Below, piece by piece: positions 1 through 11,098 of a DNA stretch of 51,096 nucleotides. The notes under the pieces were generated by a model. It worked only from the letters and a program-made list of their open reading frames with translations, was not told where the DNA came from and did no database searches. The stretch comes from Thelocarpon superellum (Eukaryota): NCBI GenBank assembly GCA_026025795.1, contig JAPEUG010000089.1:1-51096 (forward strand), written 5' to 3'. Every line of letters begins with the position of its first letter. Within the stretch, counting starts at the first letter, position 1. The translations under genes and the position numbers were made by a program.

Positions 1-490
1 CATGGCAGTAACCATGGATGAGATGATGACGGAGGTGTCGTAGAGGCTCTCGTTGACCTACGCACGAAGATCAGCACGGCTACATCAGATCGAGGGGAAT
101 CACAAAAGAAGCGTCATGGCATACACCTAATTGAATATCATTGGAGCCTAGAAACATCGGATGACCACCCATGCGGACGATGGCGGCTTCGGTTGAGACT
201 CTGGTACGCGTACTCCGTTTGCTAAACATCATGGCGATGGTCTTGCCGGACAAGCTACCCAGGAGAGACTCCGGGACCAGGCCAGATTTGAAGGCAAGTT
301 TGTGGAATAAAGCTTTGCGGACGAGCGTGGAGAGTTCGGAGGGGGAGATATCAGCAATGGACAGCAGATGACGAGGTGCAAAGGGAGAGATCTGGGGGGT
401 GGAGGCATGTGAGTAGGAGCGTGGGCACGAATGAAGTCGACATCGAGCGGTGCCTCTCAGCATTCGACGACCAAGGACCGACGACATCAT
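1..490 (-). CDS. ARG3: Ornithine carbamoyltransferase, mitochondrial (5' part; runs off window start)
   Basis: PRHLLSIAD...FSKRSTRTRVSTE carbamoyl-phosphate motif and GGHPMFLGSNDIQLG. Intron 58-124 (GTATGC...TAG) rejoins to VNESLYDTS. Arg/Ser-rich N-terminus resembles a mitochondrial presequence. Confidence 0.95.
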
Positions 491-798
491 GCGAGCTCGT
501 GGTCAAGCCTGCCAGGGAGGTGGAAAGTTCACATCCGCAAGGAGGTTGGCAATTGTAAGACTCGTCACAAGCACAATTGTCGATAGGCCATACTGCGAGG
601 CGATGGAAGGATTCAACGGAGACTACTAATCTGTTACTGCCATGTAAAATAATGCATTGGGCTGCGTTACGCCGTATTATGAGCCTCCAGTCTGCGGGGA
701 CGCTTGGGGGTCGAATCGTTGGAATTTGGTCAGCTCGGCAGAGGATTCCATGTGGCTGTGGGTCCACCAATCAACGCTGTGAAGCGGGAGACCAAGCA

Positions 799-960
799 TG
801 TTGAGGATGACATAACGTGTGGTTGGTTATAGGAGAGCTCAGCAGGAAATGCTGCTTCAGGTAACCCTACATATTATCACTATTTAGTATAGGGAGACCT
901 AAGCGGAGTTTTAATAGTTAGCCCTAATACTTCCAACGCTGTATTCCCCAATGCACAACA
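799..960 (+). repeat. LTR copy 1 (degenerate)
   Basis: Starts TGTTG and ends CAACA. Shares the blocks GATGACATA, GGAGAGCTCAGC, GGAAATGC, GGGAGACC, GAGTTTTAA and GTATTCCCCA with 3365-3526. Confidence 0.85.
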
Positions 961-1710
961 GTGGGAGATATCTGCTGTCGACCATGTGACTGGGAGAATA
1001 TGTCATTAGTCATCCTCGATTCATACCAATGCCCTCGGTGTTAGCTAGACTTCTTGCATCCTACATCCTCATCCATAGAATGACCTGCAACCAATGAGAA
1101 TTGACTCCTTTGGCCTGTGGCCAACACCGCTAGCGTCTAGCTTCGACGTTCCCCGGCCTGTGCATGCCATGCATGGTATTCTTGGGCGGCGTTGGCCGAG
1201 CCGATGATTCACTAAGCTGTACGAGGCGCTGGCCAAAATTGAACCTCTCGCCGGTTTTGTTTTGGCTTTCATCTATCGCAATGTCATCGTCGTCGGAAGA
1301 CCCTGCGCTGCCGTACTCAGCTCATGCCACTACGTTCTGCCATAACCATACGGAAGGTAGAGACAAGTGTTAACAGAGATTTGGCACTTGAGCGGTGTGA
1401 ATCGGGCCGCATTTCGTGCATGGGGAGATGGTAGTGGTGATGGTTGCCTGACGGCGCCGTTCGATGCAAGGCGAAGGCAATATTTAGACGATGGGGTTGC
1501 CTTTGCGACGTCTGTGCGACCAGCACTGCCTCGCAGCCCTTGCTTTCAGCACTGTCGCGGACTATGTCCTCGTGTCTTTGAGTATCCATCTTCCCCCCCT
1601 TCCTGAAGATGAAGTTCAACCCATAGAGCACACGAAAACGAGTGAGCATGGAAGCCCATGTTAGTCTTCCGGTCGTCTACTGATGTGAGATGCAGACAAC
1701 ATTGAGCGCC

Positions 1711-2020
1711 ATGTGCACAGGACACTACACGAGATACGCTTGCCACCACGAAGTGGTTACTTGGACCGAACCTTGCAAGGATCGTTGCGGGGCAATCAAG
1801 GATCGTGACTACACCGCAGCAATGTCAGGGAAATGTCCTGATTGCCAAAGGCAATGTCTGCTCTATCTACTCGCACTGGATCCTGTGCTTAACGATAAAG
1901 CGCAGTAGTGACAAGATCTTTGCTCTCCACCAAAATCGATGCTGGAAAGAACCAAAGGCTGAGGAGTTTCTGAATGACCTCTCATTGCTGGCGAACGAAA
2001 AGGGAGGGGACGTTCTTTGA
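1711..2020 (+). CDS. Small Cys-rich hypothetical protein (MC..Y.CxH...C...C...CPDC type)
   Basis: gccATG context; MCTGHYTRYACHH...CKDRC...KCPDC. A putative GC-AG intron at 1851-1905 (branch CTTAAC) joins to SDKIFALHQNRCWKEP...GGDVL*. Unspliced, the ORF stops at 1908. Confidence 0.5.
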
Positions 2021-2049
2021 GCTAGATGAATCAAATACATACCCATATC

Positions 2050-3201
2050 TCACAATCGCGATCGGATCATCTTCAAGCCCTCGAGGTCAATCAACTTACT
2101 CATGACCATTGTCGGCTGCTGCGCTTTCCAAGAGACATGAAAGTCGGGGAGCGGCTCTCCAACGAGCCCCGAATGACTGAAATCGATAAGTTTAATCTTG
2201 CTGTTGCAATCGAACATGATGTTGCCACCGCTGACATCGTTGTGGACCACATCGCCTTGGTGAAACTTCTCAGCTGCCGCTTCGAAGATAGGTAGGTACG
2301 ACAGCAATTCGGTTTTGGGAATCTTCGAAAGCTCCTCCATGCGAAAGCCAACGATCCCGCCTCTGTCTCTCAGAGGTTTGTCGGCAACCTCGACGATTGG
2401 TGAATCCAATAACCGGAACCGCTTCAGGTTGTTGACTTCGATATCGATGAGGCGTTGCGAGAGAGAGTCTCCATGTGCCAGCTTGACTATAGGAAACCGG
2501 CTCTGCCGATCGAGTCGTCGTACCTGTCCATAAGATCCAGAAGCAACCGGAGTCGAACGATTCCAATAGGATCGTTCAAGCGGAGACTGTAGAGCGCGTG
2601 TAGTGCTGGCATCGGGGATATTCGGGAAGCAACTAAGGTCCGGCGATTTGTGAAGCTGCGGGAAGCGCACTGCAAACGTCCGCCGATCATGGTCGATCCA
2701 GACAAGATATTGGCCGTTGTCTAATTGAGGTACAGACACCCGGATAGTCTGTTGGATGGTTCGTGGGTCGTCTGGAAAGTGCCAGAATCAACGCCTAAAT
2801 TGAATCTGGCTTCAACATACCCGTATGATCTCGGACAATCCTCTGTAAGGCAAAGCAATTCCAAGCGTGCGTCCGCTTCTGGACTTCGGACGGCAACTCT
2901 CGTACGAAGATACTCATACTCTTAGAAGACCTGACGGACGGAGATCCCACAGGCCAACGGCGCAAAGGACTAGTGTCTCGAGACCAGCCGCGCTCTGTAC
3001 CTTCATCAGTAGTTGCTTGTAGGGCTTGTTCAGGACCGGGTCTTCTGCCATTGACCTCGTCAAGGCAAAAGCGTCTCGAACAACGTCCTTCTGACGATCA
3101 TTGATGTCACCATCCCGTCGAATCCGCGTATGGGTTTTGCGAAGCCGCTTGATTGCCTTGCGAATGATCTCAGCTTCGGGTTTGACATGTCTAACCTTCA
3201 T
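2050..3201 (-). pseudogene. Atypical short protein kinase with helical N-terminal domain; apparent 2-bp frameshift
   Basis: Kinase motifs ASGSYGQV (Gly loop), IVKLAH (VAIK-like), EVNNL, VVHNDVSGGNIM (catalytic loop) and LIDFS. Intron 2772-2820 (GTATGT...TTCCAG) links an upstream exon. That exon joins ORF 2914-3201 only if a TG duplication at ~2948-2951 is removed. Confidence 0.7.
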
Positions 3202-3364
3202 CGAGCGTGTCTCCGACAGGGTTGAGGGACTCCGCTCCTAACAACATCGGGGAAACTGCGACGCCGACCAAATGTCTGGCTGTTCCGCGCTAGTGACTAT
3301 TGAGAGAGCCGGAGCGATCCGAGCCTTGGCCATTATTGGGGTGCTCGTACAAGAAACCAGGTTG

Positions 3365-3526
3365 TGTTGAAAGATGACATATTCAGTGGCTGGCCATGGG
3401 AGAGCTCAGCGGGAAATGCCGCGTTAGGGGTTCCCATGGATTTCGTATGGGGAGACCCAAGCAGAGTTTTAACTGATAACTAGTCAGCATTAATGCAATC
3501 GACACCGTATTCCCCAGTGCGCAGCA
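3365..3526 (+). repeat. LTR copy 2 (degenerate)
   Basis: TGTTG...CAGCA; about 75% identical to 799-960 over aligned columns by hand alignment. Confidence 0.85.
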
Positions 3527-3821
3527 TAGCACACTGCGGCCGGCAGCCAGCAGCCAAGAACCGCAACCGGAGTTGGAGACGGACGGATATCAGACACCAG
3601 CGGACGGGTGGTGACGGATGGACCCAAATCACGATATCCTCCCGTCAATCACTCCCACCACTTCTCTTCCCCCGCGTCGTGCACCGTCTCTCCATCTTCC
3701 ACCGTCGAGGGATCCCTCGGGCTAGCTAGCTTGTGCTCGCCATCGGCAGGTTCAGACATCTTGACGGATACGTCCTGCAGCGCCCATGCCGATTGTCAGC
3801 AGGCCTTGACCTCCGACAGCC

Positions 3822-6742
3822 ATGTCGGACGACCCCTCGTCGCCCCTTTTGGGGTCCACGGAGGGGACCGACCGACGTCGGCCAGCCTCGGGGAAGTCGC
3901 ATCGGTCGCTGCCATCCAACGCGTCGACCGAGTCAACACCCCTGCTCTCTCGTGGTGACGAACGCCGCACCTATGGCGATGAGCATCAGGAGGAGGACCC
4001 CACGTCACCGGCTGCCTCATCGTTACGCTCACTACAGGATGCCTCGACGAGCACCAAGACACGGCTGAGCCGCTGGCCCAGTGTCCTTGGCCTGTCCGTC
4101 CTGAGCGCCATCATCGTGCTCATCATCGCAGCAGGCTTCGTGGCGCCGACCGTCGTGGAATCGTACGCGTCGCAGGCCATTGTCTTCGAGCCCTCCAAGG
4201 TCGCCATCGATTCCTTCACGCCCGATGGGGTGCGAGCGAGGATACAAGGTACCTTCCAACTCGACGCGTCGCGAGTGGAGAACGGTGCGGTGCGCCACCT
4301 CGGTCGGGCGGGAACGTGGATTGCCCGGATGGTGGAGAGTGAGCCGTCTACCGTGCATCTCTACCTCCCAGAACGTGGCAATGTTCTCATTGGCACCGCC
4401 ACCATCCCACGCCTCGTCATCCGCATACGGGATGGCGACATCAACGAGATCGACTTCTTGACCGACCTGGCCCCCGGTGAGGTAGACGGCGTTCGCCAGA
4501 TCGCCAACGATTGGCTAGAAGGCCGGCTGGGCCAGCTCCGCCTGCAGGGCAAGGCAAATGTGGGACTCAAGTCGGGCATATTCTCGCTCGGGACGCAGAG
4601 TATTTCCGAGTCCCTTGTCTTCGAAGGTCAATATTTGTATAACCCCTTGTTGGGTCGCCCGGCGTGGTGAGGATCCCTGCTGACTTGCAACGTGCGGATA
4701 GACCACGACCTCCCAGCTATCCCTGAATACAACATCACGCGCATGATCGTCCACGAAATTGATCTGCCCTCAGGCGAGAAGGGTATGGCCGCCGACGCCT
4801 CCCTGACCCTAAGGAACCGCTACCCTGTGAAACTCGCCGTTCCGCCGCTCGCTTTCAAGATCCTCGTTCCGAACTGTGACGAGGCCGACCCTCGGATCTC
4901 GTTGGCCGAAGCTCTCTCCGATTCCATCACGATCGAGCCATATACCGACGTTCAGATCGATGTGACCGGCATCGTCCGCCAGCTACCAGATGCCCTGACC
5001 ACAGCATGTCCTGACTCGCAATCTTCTCCGCTCGATCTCTTTCTCGATGGCTACCTACACGGCGAAGACACCACCATTTTCGTACGCGGCGCCGATGCGC
5101 CGTCGAACGAAACGCCCCGATGGATTGCAGAGCTGCTGTCGAGCGTCACTATTCCACTGCCCTTCCCCGGGCACACCTTCGACAACCTCATCCAACAATT
5201 TTCCCTCGCCAACGTACATTTCAGTCTCCCCGACCCCGGCGCCCCATCCGGCTCGCTCGAGGCCCAGCCCACCATTTCGGCGACGGTCAAGGCGTTGATC
5301 AACCTGCCGCGCGAGATGAACTTTCCCATCGACGTCACCCACGTGCGTGCCGACGCCGATGTGTATTACCACGGTGATAAGTTAGGCCGATTAGATCTGC
5401 GGAAGTGGCAGTCGGCGAACTCGACCCGCATCGACACACCTGCTGGGACGATGCCCGGTCTGCTGGTGCAATCCAACGTTGAAGACGCCCCACTGGAAGT
5501 CACGGATGAAGATGTCTTCACCAAAGTCGTGCAGGCCCTGGTCTTTGGCGGGAAGGTGGTGATGTTGGGTATCAAGGCGGATGTTGACGTCGAGGTCGAG
5601 ACGGCCCTGGGAGAGCTCGTCGTCAAGCAAATCCCCGCCGAGGGTCAGGTTGCGGTGAAGCGTAGGTCCACCGTGCGAACGGCTGATGGTGATGCTAACC
5701 TCAATCGCAGCGCTTTCCGGTGGATTTGGGTCGTTGGCACCGAGGATTGGATCGCTTAAGATCCTAGGCACAAGCACAAAGAGCATCTCGATCCAAGCCA
5801 AGCTGAACTTTACCAATCCGACCGACTACAGCGCTCATGTGCCGTACGTGAGCGTCAACATTCTCAAGAACGGCACAGTCCTAGGGCAGGCGACGGCCGA
5901 GGGCGTGACCGTGCTACCGGGCCAGAACGAGGATCTCCTCGTCCAGGCCACGTGGGATCCACTGGTTCGAAGTGGCAAGGAGGGCCAATTGATTGGGCGA
6001 GAGTTGGTGTCGCAGTACATCTCGGGTATGCCGGTCTCTATCAATGCAGTCTAACCGAGCTGATCAGGATAGGATGGAATACGACCCTGGTGCTCCAAAC
6101 ATACGAAGGGTCAATCCCTTCACAGCCATCGTTAGGGAAAGCCCTGTCGGCTCTCGAGATCGAGCTTCCTGCGCCAAGATTACGCCCTCCCAAGCGTCCT
6201 GGCGACGGCGACGGCGACGGCGACGGCGATGACGAGGACGATGGGACAGATGGCGCGCCACAGTTCATCGAGGACGCAACGGTAGAGCTCACTCTCATCT
6301 CTCCATAAACTCTTTGCGGCGTTTACGCGGTCTCTCCTCATCTGTGAGCCTTCTTCACGAGCACTTTGCGACGGCGGGCTGAATTATCGGCTCCTCCTAG
6401 ATGCATCTCTTCTCCTCCACCGCCACCTTCACCCTTCTATCGCCCCTTATTGACACTACCTTCTTCATCACGCACATCAACGCCACGGCCTTTTACAACC
6501 ACACCGATCCCGTCGGCACCATCCTGTACGACCTCCCCTTTGCCGTCCCACCCCACAGCGTTGAGACGCCCCGTCTACCCGTAGACTGGAGTCTCGACAG
6601 CGTCGGCTACGAAGCGGTGCGCAAGGCCCTCGGCGGCCAACTCAAACTGGACGCCGAGGCCGTCGTGGGCATCAAAATCGGCTATTTCGTCGAACGCGTG
6701 TGGTACGTTGGCAAGCATATCGGCGCCAAAGTGCGCCTGTAG
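3822..6742 (+). CDS. Tag1-like / DUF3712-type single-pass membrane protein (often annotated 'pre-rRNA processing protein')
   Basis: N-terminal ESTPLL dileucine motif, one TM helix, then repeated LEA2-like beta domains. Exons 3822-4626, 4702-5661, 5711-6025, 6073-6281 and 6401-6742 join in frame via GT-AG introns. Confidence 0.8.
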
Positions 6743-7343
6743 AGTACCGCTCGAAGTTCACCCAGTGTCTCGGTCTCTCCTTGAACACAATCTCCCTTAC
6801 AATCTTGGTCGCGATGTATCCCTCCGCTTGAACCGTTTTTCTCCAAAATCGGGCGGGAAGGCTTCTGTATGATGTAGACGAGATCTCTACGTTGGACATG
6901 CATCTCTATATTTCCTACTTTCTATTTCAAGTTCTCTGTTATGTCTTCGTTTGTGATCGTTTGCGTTCATATGTTCATGACCAGATGGAATGGAATGGAG
7001 GGGCGAGGCGGGGGCGGCGGAGCGATTGGTCGTTGGTGGTCCCTGTATATAGTGTCCTGACAATGTACGATTGAACGACGTACGATGGGAGAGCCGTGTC
7101 TTTATGGTAGTAGAACACCAATACATCACCGGATATCTAAATCTGCCAAGTCAAAGCCGATCAATTACAAGAATGAAATAGACTTCGCTTGACGACGCAT
7201 TACTGCACTCGCTGCTCCAGTCGCTCTACTGGCACCGAGGTATGGCGCGACATAAGTAGACGGGTCGAGAAAAGAAGAAAGGGATGAAGAGAGACTTGAC
7301 CGTGCTGGAGAGGGACAGCAGCACTAGACGCATGCTTGACAGT

Positions 7344-8389
7344 CTAACCAGGGGGCAGCGCACTGGCGTCCACGACATCGGCGGCCTCTTTCTCCCCGGC
7401 CTCGTCATTCGCTCCGAAGAGCGGCGAGCGTGGCAGCGCCATCAGCCCCGTGCGCGCCGACTCGAGGATGCCAAAGGGCGAGATGAGCTTCATGAATGAG
7501 TCAATGCGAGTGGGTTTGGCGGACCTGTATCCGTGAACGTCAGTGACCGCTATCTTACAGGGGAATTTTCGCGGGAGGGAATGGCCTACAGTTCCACGAT
7601 GCAGCTCTCCGAGCTGATATCTAATACCTTGCCCCCAAATTCCTTCGACAGGGACGTGATGGCGCGTAGGTGCTCGTGCTTATGCCGTAGCGCTTCGCTG
7701 CTGGCCAACCTCGACGGGTGGAAGTCATTGCGTTGGATTTCCTCCATTCGCGCCCGTGCTACTTCCTGGCCTGCCTCACTGCCATCTCTCGTCTCCACGT
7801 CCGCGGCCGTCAATTCGCGGTGGTGAGCGAGCAGCTCCTCGAAGTATTCGGGCCCGAGGATCGACACTTTGGCGAGCAGCAGCTCTCGTTGTACGAGGGG
7901 CGCCGAGGTGTAGTCCAGCACGGCCCAGACGGGGACGAGGTCTTCCAGCTGGCGTCGGGCTTGCTCCACCACGCCGTCTTGGCCCGACAGCACGATGGTC
8001 ATGCGTGAAAGATCTTCCACCTCTGTGCTGCACACAACCAAGCTGTCGATGTTGAAGCCGCGCGCGGCCAAGATCCCCGAGACGCGCGAGAGCACTCCCG
8101 GCTCATTCTGGACCAGGCAGTTTAGCACGTGCCGCGTGGGCGGGGCGACGGAGGGCAGAGGCGTCTCGTAGAGAATGGACGAGACCGCGGCGGAGGCGGA
8201 CCATGCTGGCACGGTGTCGGACACCGGTAGGGGCGCCACGCGCCGGTGTAATGCCTTGTAGGCGAGGGCGGAGGTGGAGGAGGTGGATTGGGTCCGCCGT
8301 GGGGTTTGGCTCCGGAAAAGTGAAGCTGCCGAGGAGAAGTTGGTCTTGTGCCGGAACGGCAGAGTCCGTACAGCTCTTGATGAGGCCAT
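7344..8389 (-). CDS. ILV6: Acetolactate synthase regulatory (small) subunit, mitochondrial
   Basis: ACT domain HVLNCLVQNEPGVLSRVSGILAARGFNIDSLVVC. Intron 7525-7589. Last exon LSAKPTRIDSF...ESARTGLMALPR...ALPPG*. Confidence 0.96.
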
Positions 8390-8478
8390 CGCGAGGCCGG
8401 AGAGTTGGAAGCTGTCATATCATGTCAACGACAAGTTTTGATCATCATGAACGGAGCGTGACCTGACCTCTCCACCAA

Positions 8479-8485
8479 TGACTCA
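8479..8485. promoter_or_regulatory. Gcn4/CpcA response element (TGACTCA) upstream of ILV6
   Basis: Exact TGACTCA about 90 bp upstream of an amino-acid biosynthesis gene. Confidence 0.55.
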
Positions 8486-9056
8486 GATTTCAGGATCTGG
8501 GGCATGGGGCAGAATATTGGACGTCGGAAAGTATGGGGCGAGCTCCTCGCCTCACCGACCCCACTAAGAGCAGGCATGTTCGACCGAGATCGGAGGGCCT
8601 CCACAACTTCAAAGGGTCACAAATAAAAGCTATGACCAAATCATGTTTGGGTTCAATTCTAGGTTCTTGGACACACATAGACAGAACTCTCATCACAGTC
8701 ATTCTACTAAAGCGAGCTCATCATCTCTACACCATGCTGATGCCAAGTCTAAGTTATTCACATGTCGGTCTCCATCCCAGTCTCTGCAATTGATGAACGT
8801 GCACGCCATGTCTGGCACCATCACGTGCTCGCGTACCTCGAGGGCAGACCTCCTTGGCCTCGTCTCGTAAAATGGGCGGTCAAATCCGTCGTTCACGATC
8901 TTTGCTGCAGCTGTTATTCACTTGACATATTTCCCCGGGTGACAGTCCAAAACTTGTCAAACCTGCCCTGTACTTTTCTCCTTCTCATCTCCTGGTCCAC
9001 CCACACTCATCTTGCCACAGCTCTTCCAGAGCTGCCCGTTCACTCCTGCTAGCACG

Positions 9057-11098
9057 ATGACGGAAGAACGACCAGCCCCAAAGCGATCGCGATTCGACCA
9101 AACAGAGCCGCGCGAGCGACATGGCAGTCACGATGAGAGCAAACGTCCATCTCGATTTGACCGTCGCTCTCGCTCGCCCTCTAGCCGAGATGGACAGGAC
9201 CGGCGGACAAGGAGTCCTCTGAGCCGAGAACCCTTCAGTCCTGGCTCGGAGGAAAAGAAGAAGCCCGCCGTCAATCCTGCTGCTGCAGCTGGTAGGTCAT
9301 AGCTCCTGAGCCAGGACTCAGGCTTCCCGCTGAACTTTTCATAGCTGCTGCAGCTGCGCGAATCAACGCTCAGATCCAAGCACGGAAAGGCATCCAACAC
9401 GTCGATGTTCCCCCCATTCGATCCGTAAGGGTGTCCGGCCTGTAAAGTATGCTCCAATCTCGTCCCCCACTGACACATCCGCTTGCAGGTCGTCAGTCCC
9501 AGTGGAAAGTCCGCCTCTCCTCCCGCGTCGACCAGTGGCATTAGTGGGGACATCTACATTGCCGACGGTGACTACATCAAGGACATCGAAGTCAACGATC
9601 TGCGCAATCGCTACACACTGACCAAAGGCTCAACACAGAAGATGGTAAATATTCTTATTGCACTTTACCCACTGATACTTTCAGGCTCTTTACCCTCGTC
9701 CATGTCTCGCATCCGCTGTCGAGGGCTAGCCTTGTTTGTCTTGTGCGAGGAGCCAGAAGCTTACTTGGGCAACATAGCACTGCGCACGAATGGCTCACAT
9801 GCATCTGCTGACTCCGATTGCGTGACATCTAGATCAAGGAAGACACTGGCGCCGGTACGCTGAACCTGAAAATCTCACATGTGGACAGGACGGACCAGAG
9901 GCTTATCAATGTGAAGATGTCACCACTCGTGGAAGTTATTACCCGGACAAAAGCATGGCCACACCGTCGGTATGTGTCAAAGTCACCTCTGTGGAGCCTT
10001 CTGACGGTGACAGAATCCCCCGCTCTATCTTCACGTCACCAGCACGAGCAAGGATGGGCTCGAACGAGCGGTGGCGAAGATTGAAGAGCTCATGCAACAA
10101 GAGCTGCCCAACCTGGTGGATGAGCGGCGGTTCCGTCGGCGGGAGCCGGAACAGGTTGAGCGAGACGAGCTCGGACGGGTAAGGGAAATGGGATCCGCAG
10201 GGGGCTGAGCTGATCGTTCACAGCGCAAATGGCCCGAGGAGAAGATTACGATTGACATTGAACCAGTACCTGGATTCAACGTGCGCGCACAGGTGATCGG
10301 ACAGGGCGGGTCGTACGTCAAGCATATCGCCCAGGAGACGCGATGCCGGGTTCAGATCAAAGGAAAAGGCTCGGGCTTCACGGAGAACGCCACGGGACAA
10401 GAAAGTGATGAGCCAATGCACCTGCACGTGGCGTAGGTCTACCGGTCCTGTGAACTCTCTCGAGCTAACTCGTCCAGCGGGCCGGATCCACGAGAAGTGC
10501 AGCACGCCAAGGAACTGTGCGAGGATCTCATGAAGAACGTGCATTCCGAGTACGAGCGATTCAAGTCGAATCCGCCGCCTCAGAACTATGGCGGCGGATA
10601 CGGCGGCCATGGCGGAGGCGGATATGGTCAACGTGGAGGCGAGCGTGGCGGCAGTTATGGTGGATATGGTGGCTACGGCGGCCAGGGATCCAATAACGCA
10701 GCATCAGCCATGAGTCCCAGCCAGCCCGCACCACCCGGCACAGCGGCAGCCCCTGGCGCAAGCAGTCCGACGGACTATGCGGCGCAATACGCCCAGTATT
10801 ACGGTGGCCAAGACCCGTACGCCGCATACGGCGGATACCAGGCCTACTGCCAGTACTACGCCTACTACCAACAGCAAGCGGCGCAGCAAGGACAAGCGGG
10901 GGCTCCTGGCGCCGGTAGTCCGGGTGGAGCAGTAGCGGCTCCTCCGCCACCACCGCCTCCGGGTGATTCAGCCCCACCTCCTCCACCTCCTTCTGGATCC
11001 CCTCCCGGCGCCGGATATAATGCGGTGAGTCAAACCCGAACCAGATGTGAGACTGGCGCTGACGGTGGTGGTAGGTTCCCCCGCCTCCCGGAATGTAA
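9057..11098 (+). CDS. KH-domain RNA-binding protein (KHDC4/BLOM7-like)
   Basis: KDIEVNDLRNRYTLTKGSTQ and FNVRAQVIGQGGSYVKHI...RVQIKGKGSGF motifs; Gly/Tyr/Pro-rich tail. Exons 9057-9291, 9345-9424, 9489-9644, 9833-9854, 9917-9969, 10014-10178, 10224-10432, 10478-11024 and 11075-11098. Confidence 0.88.

Larger units (their letters stand above)
799..3526. mobile_element. LTR-bounded, non-autonomous cargo element (no gag/pol)
   Basis: Two same-orientation 162-bp repeats (799-960, 3365-3526) with TGTTG...CAACA/CAGCA ends. Outer flanks AAGCA / TAGCA are a 4-of-5 TSD match. Confidence 0.6.

Noticed and set aside
961..1700. Short ORFs inside the LTR-bounded insert (1164-1373, 1367-1606, 1317-1649)
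   Set aside because: No recognisable motif. The only joining intron would be ~20 nt, and the alternative frame has several stops. It may be a decayed gene but cannot be supported.
961..3364. Autonomous retrotransposon interior (gag/pol, PBS, PPT)
   Set aside because: No RT (YxDD), integrase, protease or zinc-knuckle motifs, and no convincing PBS or polypurine tract next to either LTR.
3365..3526. Repeat as tRNA, 5S rRNA, group I intron or hammerhead ribozyme
   Set aside because: No cloverleaf or A/B boxes, no group I R/S elements and no complete hammerhead core. The terminal TGTTG/CAACA and the TSD at copy 3 fit an LTR better.
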